From Selaginella moellendorffii (lineage: Eukaryota > Plantae > Lycopodiophyta): a DNA stretch of 64,000 bases. The translations under genes and the position numbers were made by a program. The stretch is taken from positions 681,709-745,708 of the forward strand of contig NW_003314305.1 of assembly GCF_000143415.4 (NCBI RefSeq). Reading direction: 5' to 3'. The notes beneath the pieces were generated by a model that worked only from the letters and a program-made list of their open reading frames with translations, made no database searches and was not told the origin of the DNA. Below, one piece after another: positions 46,009 to 59,150 of the stretch (position 1 is the first letter of the stretch; every line of letters starts with the position of its first letter).

Positions 46009-47012
46009 GATGTAACGGATGTGAGGCGATTCGACAATCTTTTAGCCGAGGATCGAGCAGTCGGTCAGGTCACGTCGGCGCAGGTGAATTTCATGACTGT
46101 CGTGGTGAACGAGCTGGAGCGCTCGATGAGCTTGCAAGAAGAGGGCTTTAGAGCAGGGATTAAGCTTCTTTGCGTGGTGAGAGCACTTCTCCAGAAGATC
46201 AGGAGAAGAGTCATGGTTGGTGATAGTGTTTTAGTCTCGGGAATAGATTAGACAGACAAACGCGGGATGATTGAAGGTGTTCTACAGAGACGATGGGACA
46301 CTTCGAATCCACCAGTGGCTAATGTTGATTTGCTACTGGTGCTGGATAGGCCGCGCTTGGATCCTGTGATAATGAATAGGTTCTTAGTCGAAGGTGAGTC
46401 TACTGGAATACCTCTAGCAGTGGTGCTCAACAAGGCGGATCTTGTTACTCAGGAGGTACCCGTTTTATTTCTTTTGCAAAGCTGATAGAAGGATCATTTT
46501 TAGTTTTCAGATGAAAGATAGCTGGGAGAAGCAGCTGTCGGGATATAAACCATACATATGCAGTGTAGAGACTGGTATGGGGTTTCATGAAGACATCAGT
46601 CTTTTTTGGCCCAAGTGGAGTCGGAAAATCGAGCTTGATCAACTTTCTACGTGGAAAATCTTGCCTTCCACCAGATGACATCCAGGTCTGTAGACCTTCA
46701 ATGTTCGTCTGAAACTAACTTCAATTGTCGCGTGTACAGGCACTAGACGAAGTCGACGATGAAGTCATTCGCGTAAGTGAGGTGTCGTCAGAAGAAAACA
46801 TTGAGAAGCATAGCATAGAAGCTATGGCAATGCCACGGCCTACCTGTACGAGGAAGAAAAAAGGCGCGGCGAATGCAATCAAGCACGAGAGCTGACAACA
46901 GACGCTCTTGCATCTGCCATTTAGAGGGGCTATGCTCGCTGATACTCCAGGTTTCAGCCATCCCAGCTTGTCAATGGTGACAAGGAACTCATTAGCATTG
47001 CTTTTCCCCGAG
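46005..47012 (+). pseudogene. RsgA/YjeQ-type small-subunit biogenesis GTPase pseudogene (plant organellar type)
   Basis: LLCVVRALL...VMVGD, PPVANVD, NKAD (G4), GPSGVGKSSLIN (G1), LADTPGF (G3) in circularly permuted order. Premature TAG at 46249 and frameshifts. Confidence 0.88.
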
Positions 47013-47159
47013 GTATTTTTTGTCAGCTTCTTCTTATCGCGATTGTGACCATAGCTGGATCAGCTGGTCTCAGCTTTTACTACTCAGCTAGACATGTAAA
47101 GGTGACTTACACTTTTTCTTTTCGTACCTTATATGATAACGTAAAAGCTTTCCAAGCGC

Positions 47160-47520
47160 TTTTACCATCGACATCAAACAGCCACGCATCAATGCCGGGC
47201 CTGGCACAGAAAGTCTGGGCTTGCTGGAGTGCCAAGCTCGTTGCAGCTTGGACGTCGGCTTGGTACTGTGGCCCGGTGGTGTAGCTCCGGACGTAGGGAA
47301 CACACTCAGCAGGGACTCTCCAGCTCAAGAGGTTTCCAGACGCAACGCTAAACTGGAAGCTGCGGCAATAGGAATCCACGAACTGGGACCTTAGATCTCT
47401 CGGTGGGAGGGAAATGTCCTCGGGATTTAGCACACCAGCAGGCTCGATTGCAAAGGCAAGATCAAAAGATGAAAGAAGAAGAGCAAGGAAAAGACGAGCA
47501 AGATGAAGAAGAGAAACCAT
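47160..47520 (-). pseudogene. Acid phosphatase exon-1 copy, truncated after FDVDG
   Basis: Near-identical to 23803-24160; the rest is missing. Confidence 0.85.
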
Positions 47521-47709
47521 TGTGACTATGAAAGTTTCTTGAGATGGAGCACTAGAATTTATATTTTTTAGCTAGTTTTTAATAAATATGGTCAGGAAAA
47601 CCGTTGTTATTGATCTTCTTAATCAATATAAAGGTCATACAATAAACTTCTCTTCCAAATCCAACCAATATCCTAATCTGTTTGAGCAGAGACAAGGCAT
47701 AATTAAACT

Positions 47710-49525
47710 GATGTTGAATCCAAAGGAGAAGTTCACTGGAGCATTTGTGATTGGCACCGCATTTGCAACTTTCGTGGCGACACTTGTGGTGACTGCTATC
47801 TTCACGGTTCCAAAAATGATCAAGCCACCTCCAGGGGATTACTACCCGGATATCATCAAGTGCTCTACGTGCTGGGAAGCCACTGTCTTTGCCACAAACT
47901 CTGATCCATTCTACCAGTGGGTCTCTGATTCCTCACCTGACGTCTCTCAGAGGGGAACATTTGCATACCAGAGGGCCAGCATCTGGCGTGTTTCGGGCAA
48001 TGTCACCTCTACAAATGAGAGCTCCATGTATAGCTCGCCAGATCCCCACATTCTTGGAGGAGAGCTTGTCAAGAGAAGCAGGACTCTGGTATGGAAGATG
48101 ACAGTCTACTGGGGGATGAGTGTAAGAACTTGTTTCACCTTGCCAGGATCCAAGGATGATTCGTGTCTCTACACAACCCCGATCGTCCAGACCGCTCCTG
48201 AATCATATGCAGCGCTCTTGGTTGGCGTTCCGTATCGGAAGGTTTCACAGGAACCATATGCCGTGGAGAGCAGCGCTTTGTATCTGGACAATGATGCGGT
48301 GTATTTGACAAACTTTGTGAGCAACGCTAGAACCAGTGCTGGATTGAAGCTCAAAAGCTCTGGCAAAAGAATCAAGAACTACGTCTATGAAGGCCAGGTT
48401 TGCAACAGGGCCTCCCCGATCCTCGTCACCCCGGACGTGGTTTCTTACATGGGTTTTCCAAGCTTACAGTGCGCTTGCGATGGTATCCTTTGCCTTGTGG
48501 GTCTGAACATCACTGGCTCAGCTTCGGATGAGGATGAGATTCTTCCTCTGAAACTAAATGCCTCCGGGTGTGGCCAGGGCAATTCGTTTTGGGAATCCTT
48601 TGAAAGAGAATAGAACCATCTTCTACTCTTACAACCCGAGTCGGGAGACATCGATACTACGGTGAATTTCAGCACAACATTCGATGTGGTAATCTTTGGT
48701 GCCAAACAGCGACTCAAATAATTCGTTTCTTGCACCGACGACACGATCCAGAAGAAGGATCCGAGCGATGACACACTAGTGTCAGATTTGCAGGAGTGCT
48801 TGAAAAGTCCAATTGTTGCCGTGAGCGGTAACTTTAGCATAACCGGATCTGGGGATTGGTTCATGGACACCTTCAATAACAAGGTTCCAAACGACAAGGA
48901 CGACCACTTCTTGTGTGGCATGGACGAAGGCCAGTCAAAGCTGGCGGACAAGCTGTGCACGGTAAGCTTGGAGAATCTACAATTGCAAGTTCTGGAGAAG
49001 CGCTTGAGGGAGTCTCTAACGGACGTGCAAACGTTCATGAAGAAGGAATGGGAGAGCACTTGGTCGCAGAGATCAGACATAAGTGTTGGGATTGTCACAG
49101 CAGTGATGACCATCCTTGTGACCATCTGGGGGATGTTCAACAGGGATTTGCAAGAGGTGGAGGCGTTGATCTTGAAGCGCGCAGGCAAATTCACCAGGGT
49201 TGTGGAAGCAACAATAGGACTTCCACTGTTTAAGACGGGAATTCGGGGTTTTCTGCTCTTGGGTGTGATCGTGTGGAACATGTTTAACGTGTTTGTCAGC
49301 TTGAATGCTGTGGGAAGTGAACCCCGGCTTGCCACCTCAAAAACGCTACTCCAACAGCTCGACGGGATCTCGTTCTTGGTAACTACAACTTCAACAGTTC
49401 AAGTCACTCCATCTTGGCTTATCTTCTTTGCAGCGTGCTCGTTTGCAATCTTTGTGTTTGCCACAGTAACTTGCGGTGTGTATGTTCGCATGCGCTACGT
49501 GGAAAGAAAAGAAGAGCAAGCTTAA
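47710..49525 (+). pseudogene. Near full-length copy of the orphan membrane protein, frameshifted near 48595
   Basis: ORFs 47588-48613 and 48779-49525 both align to 24390-26324; small deletion after GNSFW. Confidence 0.88.
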
Positions 49526-49946
49526 ATCATGCATGTTTATATAATTAAAATGTATTCTTTGATGAGTGGTACAAAATTTGGATATAGATAGAGCTCAATA
49601 AAAAGAGAAACTGATTAAAACGAAAGTAACTAAAAAGTGGCAACCCACTCAATCTCATGCTATGTAGAGTATCTCTCATGTGTTACATGCTTTTGGTATC
49701 TGGAATGTGTATAGCTTTTGCTTTTCTAAGGCATACAGCTAAGCAGTCTTTATCTATTGTATTTGAAAGCAACGATTCCAAGGCATAATGTGTGTGGTTT
49801 CCGAATTATATCCAGGGATGATTGCGTCTTTCAACGCAGCAATAGCACATTACTTCAGTATCGTGAGCTATGATCAATTTTGTTTATCCAAGAGGGCAAA
49901 AGAGAATAAGTCTTTTATAAAACTAGTAGTGTAGAATGCCGTTCTA

Positions 49947-50980
49947 ATGAGTGCTCTCAAGAGAGCAGCCAACCACGCCATTGAAGACTTCGCAACCGTG
50001 ATTCGCCACTGTGCCAAATCCAAGGACTTGGCAAAGGGTCGCTGGATACACAGCCAGATCATTTCAGATCAAAAGGAATACAGAGAGAACGTCTTCCTGG
50101 CCAATTTGCTCGTGGCAAATGCGGTAGCCCAAATGATGCCAAGCGAGTGTTTGACACCATCGACGCCAAGAACGTTTTCTCGTGGGCTGTTATGATGACT
50201 GCATATACCCAAAACGGGTATCTGCAAGATGCTAAGGTTATATTTGACGAGATGCCCGATCGGGATACTGTTGCATGGAATACAATTCTTGGAGCGTACG
50301 CACAACACGGGCATGTAGACGAGGCAAAGATTCTTTTTGATTCGATTCCAAATCCCAACTTTGTGTCGCGGACAACAATGCTCACAGCATATGCTCAAAG
50401 CGGGAATATGTCTAGCGCGAAGCATATGTTTGATTCTATGTCACCTCGCAATGCAATTGCATGGACATCAATGCTTGCTGGATATGCAAGACTCGGAGGT
50501 ATCTTAGCCTCTCGAGGATTCTTTCGAAAGATGCCCCAGCATGACACTATATCAGCGACTGCAATGATTTCGGCATTTGCCGCGAGGGGCAATGCAAGAG
50601 AGGCGTGTGCCTTGTTCGAGAATATGCCGGAGAGGAACGTCTTCTCATGGACGGCATTGCTCCAGGGATATGCCGAGAATCGTCTTCTAGACAAGGCAAA
50701 GAGCTACTTTGACAAGATGCCAGCATGGAATCTTGTGTCGTGGACTGTGCTCGTCGTTTCATATGCTCAATGCGAGCGGCTTGAGATTGCACAAGACTTG
50801 TTTGTTGAGATGCCCGAGCGGAGCATAGTGACTTGGAATGCCTTGTTGGCAGCGATTGGGCATGCCAAGTCTTTGGAGGAGGTGAAGCTTTTCCTTGTCA
50901 CTATGCCCGCATGGAACTTGGTGACCAAAAACACAATCTCTCAGATCAAGGAAGTCAAACAAAGTGAAACCACTAGTTGA
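49947..50980 (+). pseudogene. PPR (PLS-type) gene copy, most complete; frameshift near 50115 leaves a 277-aa ORF
   Basis: Tandem PPR motifs. The N-terminal part (49947-50110) is out of frame with 50147-50980. Confidence 0.85.
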
Positions 50981-50994
50981 CTTGGCTAATGCTT

Positions 50995-51863
50995 CTGTCA
51001 AGCTTGCTGGAAGAGGAGGCGTCATCGTTGGTGGATCGAACCACAGCTATGCAACGCAGGATGCACAAGACTCTATTGCAGAAGGGAAAGACCATGGAAA
51101 TGAAGAGCGAGAACAACTACAACTTCGATGTTATACCAGGATCTCTTCCCGCGGTCTAAGAACATTGACTTGTTTCTGGAGAACGAGCAACAGCTGCTTT
51201 GGTGGTGTTATTGCAATGATAAACTGCTAGAGACTTCTTGTACGCTGTGCACAGGCTGAGGCCGAACTATTTGCTGCTTCCTGCGAACGCTCCCAAGTGT
51301 GCTCATAACAACAACCATCACGAGGTAGTATGACAAGCAACGCTCTTGCTTTTACGTTCTATATTCTGTGTTTGCAGGTGAACTATTTCCCTTCCCATTT
51401 TGATCCTTGCCGTCACGCTGAGCGAGTGCCTATTCCTTCTCACCCTCTCGGTGGTCGACGAGAAGAGGTTTGGTTAGTCTACCTTTCAGCTTCTCATTTT
51501 ACGCTTTGGCATTCTCTTGTAGGCGATGATTGAAAAGGAAAATAACTTTGCTCAGCCAGGAGCAACGTTCCGCTCCGGGCCTGGTGACAGGCAAGATCTC
51601 AAACCTCTCTCTCAGCTAATCATGTTTTAACTGAATCTCTGCTCCTCTTCCAGGCAAGAGCGTTTCATTGCGAGAGTTGTGGATGCTCTGTCCGACCCGC
51701 GCGTCACCCACGAAATCCGTAGCATCTGGCTCTCTTACTGGTCTCAGGTTAGACAATAAAGAAAATACAACATGTGATCAAACTCAACCATGAAAGTGTG
51801 CAGGCGGATCGTATGCTTGGTCAGAAGATTGCAACGAAATTCAACGTGAAAGCCAACATGTAA
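50995..51863 (+). pseudogene. Catalase 3'-half copy (intron-containing), fused behind PPR
   Basis: Colinear with 22109-23111 including introns; degenerate at its 5' part and near-identical at its 3' part. Confidence 0.9.
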
Positions 51864-52002
51864 ACGGATAAAACTATATCTGTGTCCATCGTGGTGATCG
51901 TGGTGAAAGAAAGAGGTACTAGTTTTAATTATTACTCTTGTTCTAACAATCCAAATCTGCATTATTATTGAGGTATGTTTCTTGCATTGTATTGCTTGAG
52001 TT

Positions 52003-52790
52003 TTATTTGTTACCCGAGAGATCAGGCACCTGAGACTGTGGAATGCTCTTGTCACCACCTGTGTCTTTCTTGTTGCTCGTTGCTCCCTTGGTGTCATACC
52101 CAGGCCAAACCCCTGGACAGTTTGTTTGCTTTCTTTTTTTCAACAAGGTTCTCGTCTTGAGTCTGGAAGAGTGGTCGTCTAGCAAGAGTAGCATTTGGTG
52201 TCATGACAGGCTAGCCAACGTTATCTAAAGCTCACAAACCTCATCAAGAGCCTCTTCCAGCCTCTGTAGCCCGCCCGGAGTAAGTTCCTCACAGTCGCAC
52301 GCCGCAGTGACTATGGGCGTGTGGACACGAGGAACACTGTCCAGTTCGTTCTGAGAAGCGTCCTCACTGGAGCGATCGCCGGGCCGACGCCTCTGGCGGC
52401 CCACAAGTTAAAGTCAGTGTCGCGGTAGCTCCCAGCTCTGCAAAGTTTTAACTTTCAACAGGGAAGGAAGAGATAGATCCAGACGTTACCCGAACTGCTT
52501 TGTAGCAAAGTAAGGCGTGGTTGAGAGGAGAGTACCATGGACATCAAACAGCCACGCATCAATGCCGGCCTGGCGCAGAAAGTCTGGGCTTGCTGGAGTG
52601 CCAAGCTCGTTGCAGCTTGGACGTCGGTACTGTGGCCCGGTGGTGTAGCTCCGGACGTAGGGAACACACTCGGCAGGGACTCTCCAGCTCAAGAGGTTTC
52701 CAGACGCAACGCTAAACTGGAGGCTGTGACAGTAGGAATCCACGGACTGGGACCTTGGATCTCTCGGCGGGAGGGAAATGTGCTCGGGAT
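52003..52790 (-). pseudogene. Acid phosphatase copy lacking its start, frameshifted
   Basis: Colinear with 23241-24066; DVDG changed to DVHG; small deletions. Confidence 0.85.
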
Positions 52791-53251
52791 GGAACGCTAG
52801 AATTTATATTTTTTAGCTAGCTTTAAATAAATATGGTGAGAAATACCTCATAGGGAGGCAACAGAGGGAGCACATTCGTGCACGTCCGCGACGACGACCA
52901 GAATTGATCCATTATATGTTTTATAGTAGTACCTTTATGTTCATTAATACAGTATTTGTACCAAGTTTTATATAAGATCACAGCTTGTATGATCAATACT
53001 TATTATTATTACAGGAGGGGAAAGATCATGTAGAATAGGCATAATTTTCCATCGTCGTTCCTTGTTGTTGTCAATCAATTCAATCAATCAATCAACGTTC
53101 ATACAAAGAATTTTCACGTACTGCAACTATGCAAAGGGATTAATCACTTTATTCGCCACTTACTTACAAAAAAGTTAGTAACCTTTCTATATAACTTCTA
53201 TTCCAGCGGGTATCCACCGCATAATCTATTTGAGCAAAGAACATTAGAGCT

Positions 53252-53692
53252 ATGGCGGAGTCACAAGGCGTACCTAAACTGATGTTGAATCCAAGGGAAA
53301 AACTCACTGGAGCGCTCTTGATTGGCACCGCATTTGCAACTTTCGTCGCGACACTTCTGCTCACTGCCATCTTCGCGTGCAGATGGGACCACATCTGCAT
53401 TCGGGGTTTTCTGCTCTTGGGTGTGATCGTGTGGAACATGTTTAACGTGTTTGTCAGCTTGAATGCTGTGGGAAGTGAGCCCCGGCTTGCCACCTCAAAG
53501 ACACTACTCCAGCAGCTCGACGGGATCTCGTTCTTGGTGACTACAACTTCAACAGTTCAAGTCACTCCATCTTGGATTATCTTCTTTGCAGCGTGCTCGT
53601 TTGCAATCTTTGTGCTTGCCACAGTACCTTTCGGTGTGTACGTTCGCATGCGCTACGTGGAAAGAAAAGAAGAGGTAACTGTACCAGCTTAA
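53252..53692 (+). CDS. Internally deleted, in-frame 146-aa version of the orphan membrane protein
   Basis: TM1 joined through filler (CRWDHIC) to the last two TMs; ATG and stop retained. Confidence 0.6.
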   Translation: MAESQGVPKLMLNPREKLTGALLIGTAFATFVATLLLTAIFACRWDHICIRGFLLLGVIVWNMFNVFVSLNAVGSEPRLATSKTLLQQLDGISFLVTTTSTVQVTPSWIIFFAACSFAIFVLATVPFGVYVRMRYVERKEEVTVPA

Positions 53693-54576
53693 ATATATAA
53701 TTAATATGTATTCTTTGATGAGTGCCACAAAATTTGGATATAGATAGAGCTCAAGAAAAAGAGAAACTGATTAAAATGAAAGTAAGTAAAAAGTGTCAAC
53801 CCACTCAATTTCATGCTGTGTAGAGTATCTCTCATGTGTTACATACTTTTGGTATCTGGAATGTGTATAGTTTTTGCTTTTCTAAGGCATACAGCTTGCT
53901 TTCATTAAGCAGTCTTTATCTATTGTATTTGAAAGCAACGGTTCCAAGCATCCGGGCTACTGTCTTTGGAATAGAAGTTACTTACAGCCAGCTCTCGTGC
54001 TTGATTGCATTCGCCGCGCCTTTTTTCTTCCTCGTACAAGTAGGCCGTGGCATTGCCATAGCTTCTATGCTATGCTGCTCAATGTTCTCTTCTAACCATA
54101 TATGATAACTCTTGTTGCATGAATGTGGATTTAAGAGAATTTCTAAGCCCACCACGGGGTGTTTTTGAAGATTCCCGACCATGGCATGGAGCACACTGGT
54201 GGAGTGAAGTTTTGTCTCCTCCTGGTGCCTGAGGCGCATCGAATAACAATAATTTACTATCATAGCGCAGGTGTTCAGTCGTAGCGTGAATCGCCAGAAA
54301 ATCTCATGACCCTCAACAGCAGAGCTCAAGAGAAATAGAAACTGACTAGATATACTCCTACGAATTTTGCGGCATCCAGCGGCTTGAGACTATGAGCACA
54401 AAAAGACCAGCCCCACATAATGTGTGTGGTTTACGAATTATATCCAGGGATGATTGCGTCTTTCAACGCAGCAATAGCACATTACTTCAGTATCGTGATC
54501 TATGATCAATTTTTTATCCAAGAGGGCAAAAGAGAATAAGTCTTTTATAAAACTAGTAGTGTAGAATGCCGTTCTA

Positions 54577-55250
54577 ATGAGTGCTCTCAAGAGAACAGCC
54601 AGCCACGCCATTGAAGACTTCGCAACCGTGATTCGCCACTGTGCCAAATCCAAGGACTTGGCAAAGGGTCGCTGGATACACAGCCAGATCATTTCAGATC
54701 AAAAGGAATACAGAGAGAACATTTTCCTGGCAAATCTAAAAATGCGGAATGCAATTGCATGGACATCAATGCTTGCTGGATATGCAAAAATCGGAGGTAT
54801 CTTAGCCTCTCGAGGATTCTTTCGAAAGATGCCCCAGCATGACACTATATCAGCTACTGCAATGGTTTCGGCATTTGCCGCGAGGGGCAATGCGCCTTGT
54901 TCGAGAATATGCCGGAGAGGAACGTCTTCTCATGGACGGCATTGCTCCAGGGATATGCCGAGAATCGTCTTCTAGACAAGGCAAAGAGCTACTTTGACAA
55001 GATGCCAGCATGGACTGTGCTCGTCGTTTCATATGCTCAATCCGAGTGGCTTGAGATTGCACAAGACTTGTTTGTGGAGATGCCCGAGCGGAGCATAGTG
55101 ACTTGGAATGCCTTGTCGGCAGTGATTGGGCATGCCAAGTCTTTGGAGGAGGTGAAGCTTTTCCTTGTCACTATGCCCGCATGGAACTTGGTGACCAAAA
55201 ACACAATCTCTATGATTAAGAAAGTTAAACAAAGTGAATCCACTAGTTGA
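54577..55250 (+). pseudogene. PPR pseudogene copy with internal deletion
   Basis: Colinear with 49947-50980. Confidence 0.85.
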
Positions 55251-55261
55251 CTTGGCTAATG

Positions 55262-58200
55262 CTTCTGTCATGAGCTTGCTGGAAGTCATCGTTGGTGGAT
55301 CGAACCACAGCTATGCAAGACTCTATTGCAGAAGGGAAAGACCATGGAAATGAAGAGCGAGAACAACTACAACTTCAATGTTATACCAGGATCTCTTCCC
55401 GCGGTCTAAGAACATTGACTTGTTTCCGGAGAACGAGCAACCGCTGCTTTGGTGGTGTTATTGCAAGATGAACTGCTTCAGACTTCTTGTACGCTGTGCA
55501 CAGGCTGAGGCCGAACTATTTGCTGCTTCCTGCGAACGCTCTCAAATTTGCACGACAATCTCCTTGAAATTCAGGTCAATTCTCTCTAATCTCAACAACC
55601 AACTCGAGTCACTTATACAGATGATAGAAAGCCTCAAGATGATCACTCTCTCGTATCTACTGTCAAAGAAATCCCAGCTTGGGACACACAGGGAATTCTA
55701 ACTCCTAAGGAGCACCAGCCTGCCTCACGAATTCTCAAAAACTAGCTTATATACTACCTACGCTGTCATTCCGTGATCCTCTTGGGTCACAACTGCAGAC
55801 GCCCGATAGCAAATTCCTCCAGGCATCATTAGAAAATCCTCTGCGCCACCTTGCCACCTGACCTTGGGCGGCACAAGCTTTAAGAGCAGACGCATAGGTT
55901 TGTAAAGAAGGGAGAGCACTTCGGCAGAGAGATCAAGGATTACTATTAGGATTGTCATGAGGGAGTTGCAAGCAGTTTGATCGTGAAAGGTCACCAAAGT
56001 TGTGGGACTTCCATTGTTTAAGATGGGAGTGTTTGTGCTCGTGGGTGTGACGTGTTCATAAAGCTTGTGAGCCTCGCCTTGCCACTTCAGAAACACTTCT
56101 CCAGCAGCTCAATGGGATCTCGTTTCTAGCGACTACAACCTCAACATTGCAATCTAATTTGAATTTTTCAGTTACTTTTGGTGTGTACATTCGCATGAAA
56201 TAACTGAAGAACTGTGCTTCCAAGCGAAATTCAAGGTTAAAATGAGAGGGGTACACTGCAGCACGAAAAGCAAAGATCCAAATGCTACACAACTGTGCCA
56301 AATCCTTTTTTCCTTTTTTAAAGTATCAACTTTAAACTTTATTCTTCTTTCTTTTCATATTCACTTTAGTCAGGCTTTCTTTTCATAAAGCAAAATTCAC
56401 ATTCGGTTTTGAAGACACCCCCTTATTGATAGTCTTATATTTCACCTCTGAAATTAAGTATGATATATCTAAGATGTGGTGTACCATAGAAACTCAAAGC
56501 AATAGTCCAAATACCATAAACATTTCAAAGCGTGTAAAATGTGAGAGAACCATATTCATAATTTACGACACTAGGTGGACCTCCCAAGCGATTGGAATAG
56601 AAGCAGCCACATTTCCACCAAAATGCATGAAAACTCGAATCCATTCATTAACTATTTACATGCTAGCATGCGCTAAAGATCTGGCCCACCAGAAGCATTA
56701 GAAAGCCGAGTCAACTTGTGGTTACACGTTGCTTGGCTTCATTGAGTCGGCCTGGAGAACATTAAAGAGAAACAAAACAAGAAAATGGGACTTACGAGCA
56801 TGCAAACAAGCACAATGCAAGGCTTTTCATGAGCAGGGCAGAATGGGTGCGAGGCGACACGCGAAGAACAGCCATTGGCGTGGATCTGGGCGACGATGCT
56901 CTCTCTTGGGGGCTGTGGAGTCGGGAAATTCAGAGCCCTCAGCAAGATAATGCTGAGAATCGTCTTCTAGACACAAAACGCTACTTTGACAAGATGGAAT
57001 CTTGGACTGTGCTCGATGCTCAATGTGAGCGGCTTGAAGTCGGACGAGGCTTGTTTGCTGAGATGCTAAGTGAGTATAGCGACTTGGAATGCCTTGTTGA
57101 CAGCGTAGGGCATACCAAAGAAGACTGGCATTTTCTCAAACAAGGCTGCCCCTTGCAGTTGCCGATATAGTGTCATGCCGAGTCTTGCAAGCGTTGATGT
57201 CCATGCGATTGCATTTCGAGGTAACATGGAATCAACATATGCTTTACGCTGGACATACGCATATGCTGTTGTCCACAACAAGGGTTAGCATCAAGGAGAA
57301 TCTTGCATATGAACCAATCCATGCAACAGTATCTGGCATCTCGGCCAAGATAAGTTTGGCATCTTCCAGATGCCTATTTTGGGCATATGTGGTCACCATT
57401 GTAGACCACAATAAAACGCTCTTGGCTCGCTTGGCATCACTTGTAATACCACATTTTCCATAGATCTGGACGAGAAGATTTTCCAGGAAAACATTTTCCT
57501 TTCGATCTGAAAGGATCTGGCTGTGTATCTTTTTTGCGTCAATGGCGTTGCTGGCAGCTCTCCCTCGAGCACTCTTTAGGACAGCATTCTAGAACACTAC
57601 TAAAGCCTTTGAGCATTCTCTTTTGCTCCAATCTCGCTACCTCATCTTTCATCCCCTTGGAGAGACAGACATAAAGCCCCGAATCCTCATGAACTTTACA
57701 AGAGCCGACCACGCAGGGAAATCCGTCTTAAATGGCATGCTAACGATCAGATCCAGAACCTCCCGGAGCTCCCTGGCGCGACACAAGAGATCAACTCTGC
57801 CATGTAAGTGCCAATCCACAGTCTTGCATTGCGAGAAACAATTCCCTCGATTCCTCGAAAAACCCACCCTACCAAAGAGCGCCTGGCCGGAGAAGCTTCA
57901 CACTGGAGCATTTCCCTCAAGAGCTCCAGAGCATCGGGCATATGCCCAAACTGGGCATATGCTCCAATCATTGCATTCCACACGCATCGACATATACCCA
58001 GAGGGTGCTTATGGACACGGCCAAGGAGGTGTTCAAGCTGGCGAAGGATCCTGCTGTGGACGTCTGGGGGCCCATGATGGGATCTTGAGACAGCCAAGGC
58101 GATGGTGCACAGGATGAAAAACCCGAGGCACGCCATTGTTCGACATCAAGGCTGGAGAAATCAGCGATGCACAGGACGTCTTCAACAGGATGATGATTAC

Positions 58201-59150
58201 CTCGATCAGGCACTATTCTCTGAGGCAAGGCGCATCTTCAAGGTCATGCCCAACACAGTCGCGTGGAACGCGATCATCCCCACTCATGGAGAGATGAGGA
58301 GGTGAGAATTCTGTTCGAAGGGATGGGAGCGCAGCGAAACTTGGAGTCGTGGAATGGACGTGACGACTTGGAATATTGTAATCACGTGAAAGCTGATGGC
58401 ACTCTTGATAAGCTTGTCACTAAGGTATTTGCAGTTTGCATGATTTTGTTTTGTAGATAGTCCTCTTTATTGCGGAAGTTTGTCGAGCTCTATTTGAGGC
58501 TTTATCCAAGGTCTTTTCCTCGGCAAGAATGTAGTGGTAGTGTAGACCGAGAAGACGTCCTCGGCGGCTTGGAGGTGCCCGGCTGGGCGTAAGCAGAGAT
58601 GATGATCTCGAGAGAGCAGCCAGCCACCCCATTGAAGACTTCGCATACTGTGATTCGTCACTGTGCCAAATCGAAGGACTTGGATCATTTCAGATGGCAT
58701 GCAAAGTCTTTGGAGGAGGCGAAGCTGTTCCTTGTCACCATGCCACTTGGACCACGTAAATGAAGAGCGAGAACAACTACATCTTCGATGTTACCAATAT
58801 CGGTCTAAGCAAGAACATTGACTTGTTTGCGGAGAATGAGGAGCCCCATTTATCACGACGATGAACTGCTTCAGACTTCTCAACACTCAGATGAGGCCGA
58901 ATTATTTGCTGCTTCCTACGAACGTCTCAAATGTGCAGAACAATCACCATGAACTTCATCCAAGGACGAAGAGGTGTGACAATCCTTGTGCTTGTACTCA
59001 ACAGGTTTCCTTCCCTTGTCGTTTCGATGCTTGCCATCACGCTGGAGCCATCACGCTGGAGCCATCACGCTGGGTGTGTTTCTACTACGAGAAAAGGTCT
59101 AACATCTCATTTATGCTTTCGCAATTACGATGTATTCACGTTTAACTGAA
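55262..59150. repeat. Higher-order duplicate of 28370-31580 (catalase fragment, orphan fragment, PPR mosaic, catalase fragment)
   Basis: Paired near-identical ORFs (28531/55378, 28899/55758, 29621/56729, 29721/56829) in the same order. Confidence 0.88.

Noticed and set aside
50964-51230. Novel PPR-catalase fusion protein
   Set aside because: The PPR frame stops before the junction and the catalase part is frameshifted in every copy.
52840-53030. Unique segment upstream of the mini orphan gene, as a possible solo LTR
   Set aside because: I could not establish TG...CA boundaries with a TSD.
56290-56590. ~300-bp AT-rich segment absent from the 29.4-kb paralog, as a possible MITE or Helitron
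   Set aside because: No clear TIR, TSD or TC...CTRR ends; it could equally be a deletion in the other copy.
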